Shown here: piece by piece, positions 28,338-43,034 of the stretch | Layout of the letters: every line of letters starts with the position of its first letter | Numbering within the stretch: the first letter of the stretch is position 1 | DNA from: Octopus vulgaris | Lineage: Eukaryota | Reading direction: 5' to 3' | Assembly (NCBI GenBank): GCA_951406725.2 | Contig: OX597826.1 | Coordinates: 58,590,001 to 58,654,000, forward strand | DNA: 64,000 nt | The notes under the pieces: generated by a model | Database searches by the model: none | Told to the model about the DNA's origin: nothing | Seen by the model: only the letters and a program-made list of their open reading frames with translations | Translations under genes and position numbers: made by a program

Positions 28338-28557
28338 GTTTTCCTACTCAAGGCCCTATTTGTTTTTCTTTCTTTTTTGTTGGTGGGGCAGTCGATTAGA
28401 TCGACTCTAGTTACGCAACTGGTACTTAATTTATCGACCCCGAAAGGATGAAAGGCAAAGTCGACCTCGGCAGAATCTGAACTCAGAACGTAAAGACAGA
28501 CGAAATAACGCTAAACATTTCGCTCGGCGTGCTAAAGTTTCTGCCAGCTCGCCGCTT
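28338..28557 (-). mobile_element. SINE family C with 15-bp TSD
   Basis: TSD AATATTAGCTTTTAT at 28323-28337 and 28559-28573. Confidence 0.92.
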
Positions 28558-29224
28558 TAATATTAGCTTTTATTAAAACAAAAAATGTTATTACAAGTTA
28601 TTACTTCTATTTGTTATTACTTGTTGCTTCTATTAAAAATAGAAAGTAAACCAATTAAAATGTTTTGCACTTAAAATTTTTAATTAATAATTAGAAATTT
28701 GAAAATAGATTATGAAAAATAACAGCAGTACATAATTAGTTAGTACAATAAATAGAATTACACAAGAATTAGTTATATACTACAGTAAAATCTACCTATA
28801 ACAACAGATTCACAGTAACATTTGCTTCAGTTATTGCCAAGTCTTCAGATTTTTAGTCTTGACCCAATGCCTATTTTTTACATAATTAATTTGCCTACCA
28901 TATATACTATTCTACTTTGCATAAAACTTTAACTATATTGGTACTTCCGTGTCTCATTTTGTAAGTATTCTAGTGCGGCAATATTTTAACAAAAAGATGG
29001 TATCTTTTTTAATTGTAATGTTACTTTCATAATTAAAATCAGATAATTTTTTAATATAGGCGCAGGAGTGGCTGTGTGGTAAGCAGCTTGCTTACCAACC
29101 ACATGGTTCCAGGTTCAGTCCCACTGCGTGGCACCTTGGGCAAATGTCTTTCATTACAGCCTCGGGAAGACCAAAGCCTTGTGAGTGGATTTGGTGGACG
29201 GAAACAGAAAGAAGCCCGTATATA

Positions 29225-29410
29225 ATGGGAAGGTTTACGAAAATAAACAAAAGACAAAGGCAGGTAGAGTACAAACAAACAAATGTATTAGCATGGCGCT
29301 CAGGAATAGAAACAGAACAAGTCTTTTACGTTTCGAGCCTATGCTCTTCGACAGAAAGATACACAGAAAAAAACAAGGAGAGAGAAAAATGCGTGTAGGA
29401 GCTAACAGTC
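29225..29410 (-). mobile_element. Short HHR element family H1 nested in the internal TA tract of a SINE A; HHR at 29322-29359
   Basis: rc TCTTT CTGTCGA A GAGC atag GCTC GAAAC GTA AAAGA. The SINE A head ends ~29220 and the SINE resumes ~29420. Confidence 0.85.
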
Positions 29411-29937
29411 ATACATATAAATATGTTTGTGTGTAGGTGTTTGACCCCCCCACCAACATCATCGCTTGACAATCGATGTTGGTGTGTTCACGCCCCGTAA
29501 TTTAGTAGTTCAGCAAAAGGACCGATAGAATAAGTACATTTCTAAAATGTTAACAGAGTTCAATTTGGTTAAGAACTGAATTAGCGACAAGGTCTGAAAG
29601 ATGCTGCGTGTGAGTAAATTGCGCCCTTAAGCATATTATTCAACTGCTACCGTAGTTGAATGATGTTCTTTTGTTCTTTTATTCTTTTATTTGTTTCAGT
29701 CATTTGACTGCGGCCATGCTGGAGCAACGCCTTTAGTCGAACAAATCGACCCCAGGACTTATTCTTTGTAAGCCTAGTACTTATTCTATCGGTCTCTTTT
29801 GTCAAACCGCTAAGTTACGGGGACGTAAATACACCAACGTCGGTTGTGAAGCGATGGTGGGAGGACAAACACAGACCACACACACATACATTATATACAC
29901 ATATATATATATATAATATGCATATATATACATACAC

Positions 29938-30036
<99 letters not shown>

Positions 30037-30869
30037 ACAGACGGACAGATAGATAGATGCTATAAGTTTTGACAGGTCAATCTACCTGGCTACAAAATAC
30101 TAAAAATTCTTCAAGGCGATGCCCCAGCAAGGCCGGGGTCTCATGACTGAAACAAGTAAAAAATATAGGATATAAGATAAAAGCCTCCATTTCCCCAAAT
30201 TTACTCCATGGTATAGATAAAGGTCCTTACCCAAGTTATGATGCAGGGGTTACGACTAAAACTGAACCGACTAACATATATATATGTGTGTACGAAGAAA
30301 CTTCTTAGAAACGCGACCATCCATGCCCCGCACCTATTTGAAATTTGTCACCAAATCCAAAGCATTCAAAACTTTCACCATAACACAGGGCTACTGTACC
30401 GGCCTGAACATTGGCCAATAAATAAGATCTAAACAAGACCAAACACACGAACATAACCAAATCCACTTTAATCTCTATGAGGAGAGACGTCGCGTAAGCA
30501 AACAGCAAAAGCAGACAACCAACTTAGCAAATATCACACGTGAAATGAAAATCGTCAAATGCGAAAATTTATAAAATGAATATCAAGCGGATGTGGTGTA
30601 ATGCAATTAAAATGACATTAAATATTTCGTTGTTTATCGCTTTATAAATCTTATCTGATAAGATTCTCAGAAGGGATTAGCTAATGGCGTCTTTACTTGA
30701 AGTTGCTAACGGAAGTAACCAAGCCTAAGTCGTTATATGCATATTGCTTTCTGTATCTCTAACATATGGACACCAAATTTCCCTGTCTTTTCGTACGTCG
30801 AATATTAAAATTACAAATTTATAATTTTTGCATTCCCACACATTATCGAGTTCAAATAACTCTTTCTTC

Positions 30870-31175
<306 letters not shown>

Positions 31176-31651
31176 TGTTTTCATCTCTCCCTCAGTCTCT
31201 CTCACTTTCTCCCCCTCTCTCCTTTTGAGCTTCTTTGTATCTATACAACATGTGTGTGCATATGTGTGTATATATGCGTGTATATGTGCGTGCATTTGTG
31301 CTTCTGTGTAATATGCATGTGAAATAAAAATCATATGACTATTTAAAAGTTCTGTATAATCGACGTCAGTTGACTGAGATCAGACCCACACACTCACACA
31401 CACACGCACACACACACACACACATGCACAACACTCACATATCACACAACACACACACACACACACACACCACTCACACACACATATTGGCGCAGGCGTG
31501 GCCGTGTAGTAAGAGGTTTGCTTCCGTTCTCAACCACATGGTTCAGGGTTCAGTCTCACTGCATGGTACTTTGAGCAAGTGTTTTCTATTATAGCTTCGT
31601 GTTGGTCAAAGCCTTGTGAGTGGATTTGGTAGACAGAAACTAAAAGAAACC

Positions 31652-31737
<86 letters not shown>

Positions 31738-31746
31738 GTCTATCTG

Positions 31747-31823
<77 letters not shown>

Positions 31824-32346
31824 ACATACATACATACATACACACACACACATACACACACACAGATATGGATATGTATTTTTCTATATGTGCCTTTGTG
31901 TCTCTATTTGTCCCCTCTCCACCGTTTGGAGACCGGTGTTGGTGTGTTTACGTCCCCATAATATAGCACTTCGGCAATAGAAACCTATAACACAAGCACA
32001 CCGCTTTAAGGAAAATATAGAACAAAAAAGTACTGGGGTTTCGATCAAAATTCTTCATGACGGTGCCCCAACATGGCCGCCCTCTAATGGCTGAAACATT
32101 TAAAACACAAAGGATATATGAATATAGATAGATATACATAAATACACACAGTACGATTACACATGTGAAAGCGCAAACTCACCCACACATACACTCATAG
32201 AAGCACACACACACACACACACTCACAGACACATATACTGTATATGGCTACTCGATTGTATGTCTTAACGTTCTTTCGAAGTTAATTGCTACTTAAACTC
32301 ATTGCTCTAATTACGATATTACAAGCTGAGCTATGTGTTGCTGCTT

Positions 32347-32411
<65 letters not shown>

Positions 32412-33614
32412 GCTGCTGCTGATGGTGATGATGATGATATTTCGAACTTGAAAAATAAAATTGTCTTATTGAATATTAATATCATTCCTACCTCCAGCAG
32501 TAAAACTCATATTAACCATATTTAACTAACGAGGCGACAACAACAACAGCAACAACAACAGCAATCACGCATAATATCCACCACACACACACAATAAGAC
32601 AAATCGAGACGGAAACATATACATACACACAAACAGACACTCCACACACACACACATACACCCCCCCCCCCATACACACACGCGTACACATAATGTAACG
32701 CTATTTAGTACCCGAACATATATACGCACATAAGTATGCACAAATGCGCACACATTCGAAACACATACACACATACACAAAGAAAAAGATATACACACAT
32801 ACATACATACATACATACATACAAACCTACATACATACATAACATACATACATACACACCTACGTACATGTAAGTGTATATATTTATATCTCTGTGTGTA
32901 TGCATGCATGTATGTATGTATGTATGTATTATGTATGTATGTATGTATGTATGCATGTATGCATGTGTGTATGTATGTATGCATGTATGCATGTGTGTGT
33001 ATGTATGTATGTATGTATGTATGTATGTATTATGTATGTATGTATGTATGTATTATGTATGTATGTATGTATGTATGCATGTGTGTGTGTATGTATGTAT
33101 GTATGTATGTACGTACGTATGCATGTATTGTAAGCATATACGTATGTGTGAATGTATATATGTATGTCTGTATTTACTGGTGCCAATATATTGATGTAGA
33201 CTAGTTTCTTAATGAAAAGCACCCGAAACAAAAATGATTTTGTAGGGGTTCCTTTAGAATTTGTCCCTCCTTTACTTAAGGATAATTTCGGAAGAAAAAA
33301 AGGTATTTTTACTTCTCTGCAGGCATATACTAAGCATGCATGTATGTATGTATGTTTGCATCTATGTATGTATGTATGTATGTATGTATGTATGTATGTA
33401 TGTATGTATGTATGTATGTATGTATGCATGTGTGTGTATGTATGCATGCATGCATGTATGTATATATGTGAGTGTATGTATATATCACTTATGTATGCAT
33501 GTATGATGTGTGTATGTATATTCGTATGAAGATGTAATCTTATGTATGTGCCTCTATATACCTGTATTTATTGCGTATGTAGATATAGATATATGTATGC
33601 ATGTATGTATGTAA

Positions 33615-33668
<54 letters not shown>

Positions 33669-34063
33669 GTCTATCTATCTGCGTACCAATTGCTTTTCAT
33701 TTCAACTAACCTATGATCTCGCCGTACTAACTTCCTCTCATACAGTCACCCGCTCTTTCTAAATTCTTCAGTTAGAGCTTATATTGCCTTATTGAATATT
33801 AATATCATTTCTACCTCCACTCATCTGAGCACTCCTGTAATCTAAGGGACAATTTACTTGTAGCCCTCTCCCTGATCTTCGTGCTCAACTTAGATACAAG
33901 TGTTGGTAGGGAATGCTGCCATACTTGTCCTATACCTTGTAAAATTGCGTTTTTTCTCCCGCACCACTTTCTTCACCGAAACAAAACACCACTTTCTCCA
34001 AATATCCGAGTCCCTTACCTCGACAGTTACAAATCTAAAATATCTAAAACATTGTCATAAATA

Positions 34064-34333
34064 ACAGTGACAAACGAAATATACACCGTCGATAGTTGTT
34101 ATTGACAAAACAACGGCAGTAATTTTATTCAGCTGAATACACGCCATTGATTGGTTGAAATTACCGAAATACGACAACTTTAACAAGAAATAGCTTCTAA
34201 AATACAGAATTTTCTCATCAATGCCAAGAGTAAAAGATGTTTTCTGCGACACATTCTACAAGTATACGAAGTTTGAAAGTGTTTAATTCCAAAAAAATTA
34301 TTTTTTAAAATCTGTCGGTCAAAAGGTAAAGAT
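34064..34333 (-). mobile_element. ~270-bp dispersed repeat (probable DNA-transposon fragment), inverted homologue of 44361-44626
   Basis: The two copies align closely in opposite orientation; both yield the pseudo-ORF EKILYFRSYFLLKLSYFGNFNQS. Confidence 0.8.
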
Positions 34334-34499
34334 CCAAATATTGTTTTAAAAGCTATCAAAGGGAAGCGCAGGAGAAAGCTTTGTCCACAATACTCCATTA
34401 AACGCTGTGGTACGTAGCAGATCTTTGCAGCTGTTTGTTCCCTGTTTTCGGTGAAAACCTACTCAGCGTTTCCTCAAATGCTTGTCTATGAACAATATA

Positions 34500-34916
34500 C
34501 TCTTTACTCTCTCTTTTACTCTTTTACTCTTTTACTTGTTTCAGTCATTTGACTGCGGCCATGCTGGAGCACCGCCTTTAGTCGAGTAAATCGACCCCGG
34601 GACTTATTCTTTGTAAGCCCAGTACTTATTCTATCGGTCTCTTTTGCCGAACCGCTAAGTGACGGGGACGTAAACACACCAGCATCGGTTGTCAAGCAAT
34701 GCTAGGGGGACAAACACACACACACACATATATACATATATATACATATATACGACAGGCTTCTGTCAGTTTCCGTCTACCAAATCCACTCACAAGGCAT
34801 TGGTCGGCCCGGGGCTATAGCAGAAGACACTTGCCCAAGATGCCACGCAGTGGGACTGAACCCGGAACCATGTGGTTGGTTAGCAAGCTACTTACCACAC
34901 AGCCACTCCTGCGCCT
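34500..34916 (-). mobile_element. SINE family A, best-preserved full-length copy (tRNA head, CORE-like box, internal microsatellite)
   Basis: rc GGCGCAGGAGTGGCTGTGTGGTAAGTAGCTTGC...GGTTCCGGGTTCAGTCCCACTGCGTGGCATCTTGGGCAAGTGTCTT...; tail (GTAAAAGA)n. Confidence 0.93.
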
Positions 34917-34968
34917 ATATTCATACTTACTAACTGCGGTGCTCTGGATTTGCATGCACATGCTAACA

Positions 34969-34999
<31 letters not shown>

Positions 35000-36009
35000 T
35001 GCATGCACATATGCACAAACGCGCTCGCATACGCACGTACACACAGACACACAGGCACGCAGGCGCTTCTTCTCTATACTCCCATCATACTAATCAGTAT
35101 AGTTCATAATACCCATACTAACACTGAAACAACCACACACACATGCTATGATCAATATTCAAGCAGACGAAGACGGAGAACTGGCAGAGACGTTAGCACA
35201 CGGGCGAATTGCCTTTACATTCTGAGTTCAAATTTCGCCGAGGTCGTCTTTGTCTTTCATCCTTTTGGGCTCGATAAATTAAGTGCCAGTTGCGTTTTGG
35301 GGTCGATCTAATCGACTGTCCACCTCCCCCAAAATTTCGGGCCTTGTACCTAAACCAGAAAAAAAATATTTAAACATACGCACACCTACACAAGCGTACA
35401 CACATGAGCTCAGTTCCTGGCGGTACCGTGTGCGCTTGAGCAAAACACTTTATTTCACATTGCTCCTGTCCACTCATCTGGCAAAAATTAGTGGTACCTG
35501 TAACTCAAAGGTGGTGGTAGTGGCGGCGGTGCTGGTGTTGATGACGGTGAAGGCGACGATGTCGTCGACGACGACGATGATGGTGATGGTGGTGGTGGTG
35601 GTGGTATTGATGACGCTTAAGACGACGACGATGATGATGGTGACGACGTCGTCGACGGCGAAGACAACGCCGACGATGGTATTGATGATTGTGATGGCGA
35701 TGATGAGAGAGATCAAGATGGTAACGATGGTGATGTCGATAAAGATGATAGTGATGACGATGATAATGCGGAGGGTCAGGACGTGTAGGAGCAGGAGTGG
35801 GAGGAGGATAGCTAACGACATGATGCTCATTATGATGATGTTAATGAAGATGATAAATGTTTTTGTGACAGTTGCTTACGAACCACATGGTTCCGGGTTC
35901 AGTCCCACTGCGTGGCACCTTAGGTTGGGGTCTTCTACTATAGCCTCGGGTTGACCAAAGCCTTGTGAATGGATTTGGTAGACGGAAACTGAAAGAAGCA
36001 CGTCGTATG

Positions 36010-36101
<92 letters not shown>

Positions 36102-36904
36102 TGTGTGTGTGTCTGTGTGTGTGTCTGTGTTTGTACCCCCAACATCGCTTGACAACCAAAGCTGGTGTGTTTACGTCCCCGTAATTTAGCGGTTCGGCAA
36201 AAGACACCGACAGAATAAGTACTAGGCTTACGAAGAATAAGTCCTGGGGTCGATTTGCTCGACTAAAGGCGGTGCTCCAGCATGGCCACAGTCACATAAC
36301 TGAAACAAGTAAAAGAGTTAAAGAGTATATAGGTGTTGTTGCTATTGTTGTTGTTGTCGACGAAGTTGATGTCGTTGTTGATGCAGTGGTTGTTGTTGTT
36401 GGTGTTCATGTGCTTTCATATCACTTGTGATTGTTGTTCCGGTTGTTGACACTTTAGTTGATAATATTATTGCGGTTGTTGTTGTTGTTGTTGTTGTTAC
36501 GTCTTCATATTGTCCATCTCATTAACATTCCACCAAGTGTCGGCCGAAGCACCACCACCACCAATACCAGGGGCGCTATCCTCCTGACCGCACCTAACAA
36601 CATCATCTCCTTCTTCTCCTCTCTTTCACCCCGCCCCCCCGCCCCCTCCAACCCTCTCTTTCATCCTTCTCCTCCTACTCATCGTTTTTCTCACACCACC
36701 GAAACCCACGACCAGCACCACCACCTACCTCCACCGCCGCCGCACCATCACAGCCACGCTTTCGACCTCACATCGCCTCCTCTACCCAAACCTCCCTCCC
36801 TCCCTCTTATATAGCCAATGGGAACAGAAACAGAAACAGAAAACGTTATTACGGAGAAGCTGTACATGTGATAACTATTTATTTCATCTTTTGTCTCAAG
36901 AACG

Positions 36905-37760
36905 ATAATGGTGGCAGTGAAGGCAGCGGTGGTGGTGGTGGTGGTGGTGGTGGTGGTGATGATGGCAGTGTTGGTGGTGCTGGTGCTGTTGGGAGCGGTG
37001 TCAGTGGTGGTTCAGGAGGACGTGGTGGGTGTGGTGCTCTTTGTAAGATGTAGTGGTGGCGTTCGTTATGGTGGTGGTGGTGGTGGTGGTGGTGGTGGTG
37101 GTATTGGTGGTGTGGTTGGTATTGGTGGGGTGGTAGTGGTGTTGGTATTGGTGGTATCGTGGTGGTGTTGGTATTGGTGGTGGTGGTGATAGTGGTGGTT
37201 CAGGTGGACGTAGGGAGTGTGGTGCTCTTTGTAAGATGTAATGGTGGCGTTGGTTATGGTGGTGTTGGTATTGGTGGTGTCGTGGTGGTGTTGGTGCTGT
37301 TGCTGGTATTGGTGGTGGTGCTGGTATTGGTGGTGGTGGTGGTGGTGCTGGTATTGTGATGGTGCTGGTGGTGTTGGGTGCGGTGGTAGTGGTGATTCAT
37401 GTGGACGTGGTAGATGTGGCGCACTTTGTAAGATGTGGTGGTGGTGGTGGTGGTGGTGGTGGCAGTGGTGGCGTTGGCGATGGTAGTAATGGCGGCGTTG
37501 GTGATGGTGTTGATGGTGGTGGTGGTAGGAGTGTTGTTGGTGGTAGTGGTGGAGGTGATGACTGTTGTGACGGTGATAATGTGTTGCTTTGGGTGATAGC
37601 TTTCATAGTGACTTTCCTCATGGCAGCGGAATTGGTGGTAGATTCTTATGGTGGTTGTGGTGACAGCAGTGGTAATTGCAGTGGGTTTGCTGATTGTTGT
37701 TGCGGTGTAGTGGCGGTGGTGGTGATGATGATAGCGGCAGTGGTGGTCATAGTGGTGGTA
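36905..37760. repeat. GGT-rich low-complexity tract with a ~190-bp degenerate periodic unit
   Basis: GTGGTGCTCTTTGTAAGATGT recurs at ~37031, 37218 and 37416. Confidence 0.8.
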
Positions 37761-37850
37761 GGTTTCGGCAGTGTCAAACCTCTGATCAAGATCATTCAAG
37801 CAATGAATACAGTTCTGGATTTTATTTTCAGAAATAATATGCTTAAGACA

Positions 37851-37905
<55 letters not shown>

Positions 37906-39102
37906 TGTGCGTGTGCGCGTTTGTGTGTGTGTGAGTGTAAAGCGAATTTTAATTATTTCTTATATATATATATTAAATACTTAGGGAATATTAATTATTC
38001 CAGGCTATAACACAGAGAAACGATCCTTTATATCCAATGTCTGATTTTTTTTTTTTTTTTTTTTTTTGAAATATGAAATGAAAGTTTGAAGGAAACACCT
38101 TTATGCACTCCCATTTATATTTAACCTGTTTTAGCACTGAAAATTATACCCCAGTATGGTCAAAGCTGGATGCTGAAACAGGTAAAATTAGGGTTGTCGA
38201 TTCGTTCTTTATTTTCGAAGTTCATTCTAAGCTGTCGTGGTTGACATACTTGATTAATAGATTACCTTCTATCTTAATGCGATCCCCCTGTGCCCTGGTT
38301 ACCTTTAGTGGACTCCCTTTTGTTGCAAGTATTTGGATCCAGTCTTCGATTTGAGGAATCCTTCCTCCCCTTGCCTCATAAATTCTTCGATGTTTTGTAT
38401 AGAGTCATGGGATCACTTATCTCTCCTGACTGAAAAATAAAATAACAATCGCTACTCACACCAGTCACATTAAAACCAACAACAAAATTTTGAGACAACA
38501 ATAACTTCAAAATCAATCTAAAACGATAAAAAGCAAATACTGTAACTAATCATTGTTTGAACCTCTCTGCGGTCAGCCAAGCAGCTAGAACTAGCAGCCA
38601 AGTTACCCTGTACTCCCGGCACATTGTTACAGAATGAAACATTAAATGGTTGTGGATGGACTGCTTTCATTCTTACAGATCCTTGCTGGATGAGAGCTGA
38701 TCTGTGAATAAAGCTGTAAGATTAACAACAATAATAACAACGAAAGATATACGTGATGAAACCCGATATCATGAAGAAACATGAGAAATAGGAAAAACAT
38801 GGCTATTAACTCATTCTCAAGTCTACAGCCGTTCAATAAAATATAATGAAGGTAAGAAAAATCAAAACACTTGTCACTAAATGCAGAACATCCATAACCA
38901 AAGTAGCAAATTTAGACATCATGTAATCTTTAATATACAAAAAGTGAAAACAACAGAATAATAAAACCTATCACCTCATAACCACCTCTGCAGACATCAA
39001 CATCATCTCTATAAAGCCCCCCCCCACCTAATCGTCATGTTAACTGTCTCATAAAGCATTGCAGCACTAACATCGTCGTCTTATCAATCGACACGCCAAA
39101 CG

Positions 39103-39136
<34 letters not shown>

Positions 39137-39137
39137 A

Positions 39138-39233
<96 letters not shown>

Positions 39234-40082
39234 TACACACACACACACACAAAACACACACATAAACAGACACACAAACACACACAGCACACACGCACGC
39301 ACACACACACGTCAACCAAGACATTCACACCGGTCCAACACAGACAAAATTGCACTGTCAACATGAAGCTAAGCACCAACGCCACCCCATCAGTTTCCAT
39401 GTCATCATCGTATCATCACTCGTATCATCAACACCAACACCACCTGGACATCGTTTTTTAAGAGACACGCAAATATTCACAATGGCGATGAAATCACGCT
39501 ACGTTTCCGTGTGAAAGAAGTGAGAGGTCAACGAATAGTGTGAAACATTTACTGTGGGAAGCACGCACACATATAGACACAGACACTTGTACATACATAC
39601 ACTTTCGTGTATACCAACATGCACATGCATACATATTATAGATATATGTATGTGCAAGAGTGGCTGTGTGTTAAGTAACTTGCTTACCAACTACATGGTT
39701 CCGGGTTCAGTCCCACAGCGTATTAACTTGTGCAAGTGCCTTCTACTATAGCCTCGGGCCGACCAAACCCTTGTGAGTGGATTTGGTAGACGGAAACTGA
39801 AAGAAGCCAGTCGTATATATATATATATATATATATATGCGTGTGTATATGTTTGTGTGTGTTTGTCCGCCAACATCGCTTGACAGCTGATGCTGGTGTG
39901 TTTACGTCCCCGTTACAAAGCAAAAGTGACCGACAAAATAAGTACTAGGCTTACAAAGAATAAGTTCTGGGGTCGATTTGGTTGACTAAAGGTGGTGCTC
40001 CAGCACGGCCGAAGTCAAATGACTGAAACAGGTCAAAAATAAAAAAATATGTGCATGCATGTCCATAACAATACACGTATGT

Positions 40083-40132
<50 letters not shown>

Positions 40133-40247
40133 TGAGAGAGCAAACCAAAGACACAGACAGAGATAGACATAACAACACATCATTCTGTCGTACATATTCT
40201 AGGGTACACCATATAAACGCAATATTCATAAATGTGAAGAACAACTT

Positions 40248-40329
<82 letters not shown>

Positions 40330-42028
40330 ACACATGCTCAGCTAAACACAGACATATACATCTTTCTTTGCATGTCCGAGTGACTTTTGCGTATGTATAT
40401 ATGTATGTAAGTTAAATTTTAACTAAAAATTACTGTTTAGATAGGAGAAATTAAAATGCAGTATCCAAGTCTTGTTTCGGGTAAGCCCCAAGTAGTATGC
40501 CTTCAGAGCTCGTTCACCACTTATGCCGACCAGTCGTCATCCAGGGTACTGCGCTTTAGTCGCTGGGTCTACGTCCGAATTTCCTTGGTGCAAGGTGAGT
40601 ATATTCTATATCATCTAGAATAATATATAGATATCGATGTATATATATATATCATTATATACACAGTATGTGTGTGTGTTTGTGCATGTGTATCCTACAT
40701 AAACGCACACACACACACACACACACGTGTACACATATATAGGTACATGCTTAGGTGCGTGGTATGAAGTTTACTCCCCAACCAAGTGCATCTGGGTTCA
40801 GTCCCGCTGCGTGGCATCTTGGGCAAGTGTCTTCTGCTAGATCTTCAGGCCGACCAAAGCTTTGTGAGTGGATTTGATAGACGGAAACGGAAGGAAGTTC
40901 GTCATATGTGTGTATGTGCGTGTGTGTATGCATGTATGCATGTGTGTGTGATTGTGTATGTATTCTACGTCTTAACCGTTCATGAAGTATCGCTGGACGT
41001 GTTTCTACTTTCTGTATTATATTGAACTTATGATGCTTCATAACATTTACATCACAAGTTTACAAGTTTTAATTTCTCATTCTTTTGACATACACCAATC
41101 CTTATACTACCTGCGTGTGTATGTGTAAATGTGTGTGCCTCTGTGTCTGTGTATGCTTGTTTAGTCAGAGTTTAGTCAGTGTTTAGTCATGTATCATTTA
41201 GATTAGCAACCGTATTGTAAAACTGCAGGACAGGCTCAAAGGAGACTTGAGATGACAAAGAGTTCTACAAAGAGTTCAAGCAGTTGGATGACATTAGATT
41301 TTTTTCTTCTGCTTCAAGGCATAAGATGAATTTATTCCACAGTTTGAACTATTTGTATTAGTCATTGTAATTTTTTGTGTCTGGCAACATCTTTATATCT
41401 CTTGTGAAACAATCTTGTAAAAAAATTTGTAGGAATCGTAATTGTAAAGAAATTCAAAGAACGAGGTGCTGTTGCTTTTTAGCCCATGTCAGCTCTACTC
41501 AAGCAGACATACGATCAAAGGTACTCGAACCGTAACATTGCACTTATTTTTCAAGGCAAACGAAGCGATGATTACATTATATCATCTTCTTCTCATCCAA
41601 TAAAGAAGGATGGGGTTTGAGGGTAATTTTGCTGATATTTCTAACAAGTCGAACGACGACATATAGGCTCCTTCCCATTGTTCGGAATTTTGATGCTAAG
41701 ATTATAGACATTGTCAAACATTTGTTTTCTACTCCCTCGAGGAAAAACATTTCTCTCTCTCTCTCTCTCTCTCTGTCCGTCCATCCGTATGTATGTATGT
41801 ATGTATGTATGTATGTATGTATGTATGTATGTATGTATGTATGTATGTATGTATGTATGTACATGGCCGCAATGCAATGACTGAATTAACCGTCATGAGG
41901 AATCGCCTAGAGGGTTCAAATCAACAGTGGTACCTATTCTTTCTACGTCTGGGACTCATTCTATCGTAGTACTTCGCCGAATCATAAAGTTAGGTGGACG
42001 TAAACAAGCCCGCACTGGCAAATATAAA

Positions 42029-42089
<61 letters not shown>

Positions 42090-42184
42090 ACACACACACG
42101 CACACACACGCACACACTATCATCTATCTTTTTATCTCACTAGATAGATAGATAGATAGATAGATAGATACATACATACATACA

Positions 42185-42220
<36 letters not shown>

Positions 42221-42513
42221 TACATACATATATGCACTTATATGGGTGTGTATTCATATACACACATGATGGATTTCCACACCATTTCCGTCTATCAAAC
42301 TCACTCCTCAAGGGCATTAGTCGAACGAGAGTTATCCTAGAAGATAGTTGAGAAAGATGCCATGTAGTGGGATCGAACCCTAAACCTCACAGTTTGAAAA
42401 GCAAAGTTCTTGATCGCATATCCTTGCCTACGCTGTATATGTGTGCGTGTGTGGGTGTATATGCATGTGCGCGCGCCCTCGTATGTGTAATTACATACAT
42501 ATACAAATTTTCC

Positions 42514-42573
42514 GGGTGTTCCCGACTGAAGATGAGCAAAACTAGCTCGAAACCGAGTCGGTCTCGCGATCCC
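42514..42573 (+). ncRNA. Type I hammerhead ribozyme
   Basis: TCCCGA CTGAAGA(42526-32) T GAGC aaaacta GCTC GAA ACCGA-g-TCGGT C TCGCGA; predicted cleavage after GUC 42563; stem I 5/6 paired. Lies in a ~270-bp non-coding element (42500-42775) between microsatellites. Confidence 0.8.
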
Positions 42574-42786
42574 GCCGTCCGCTGGATGACGATAGGGGTT
42601 AGCTCCCCTGTTTGCAATATATACAGAGTGCAGGCTGTACCTATAACCAGCTGGCAGAAGATCTGCCAGGAATTAAAACAGAAGTAACATCGAACAGCCA
42701 TTATCGATGCGGCGATTAACTTGTTAGTATAGTTACTACTCTTACCGCTTATCGAGACTTTCCTACTTTGCTTACACACACATGCA

Positions 42787-42858
<72 letters not shown>

Positions 42859-42940
42859 ATTGTTGTATGTGTTTTAGAAAACGGTTTGATAAAAATAGTT
42901 TTGGGTATGAATAAATTCTGCATTCTCCTCTTGGTTTTCC

Positions 42941-43034
<94 letters not shown>

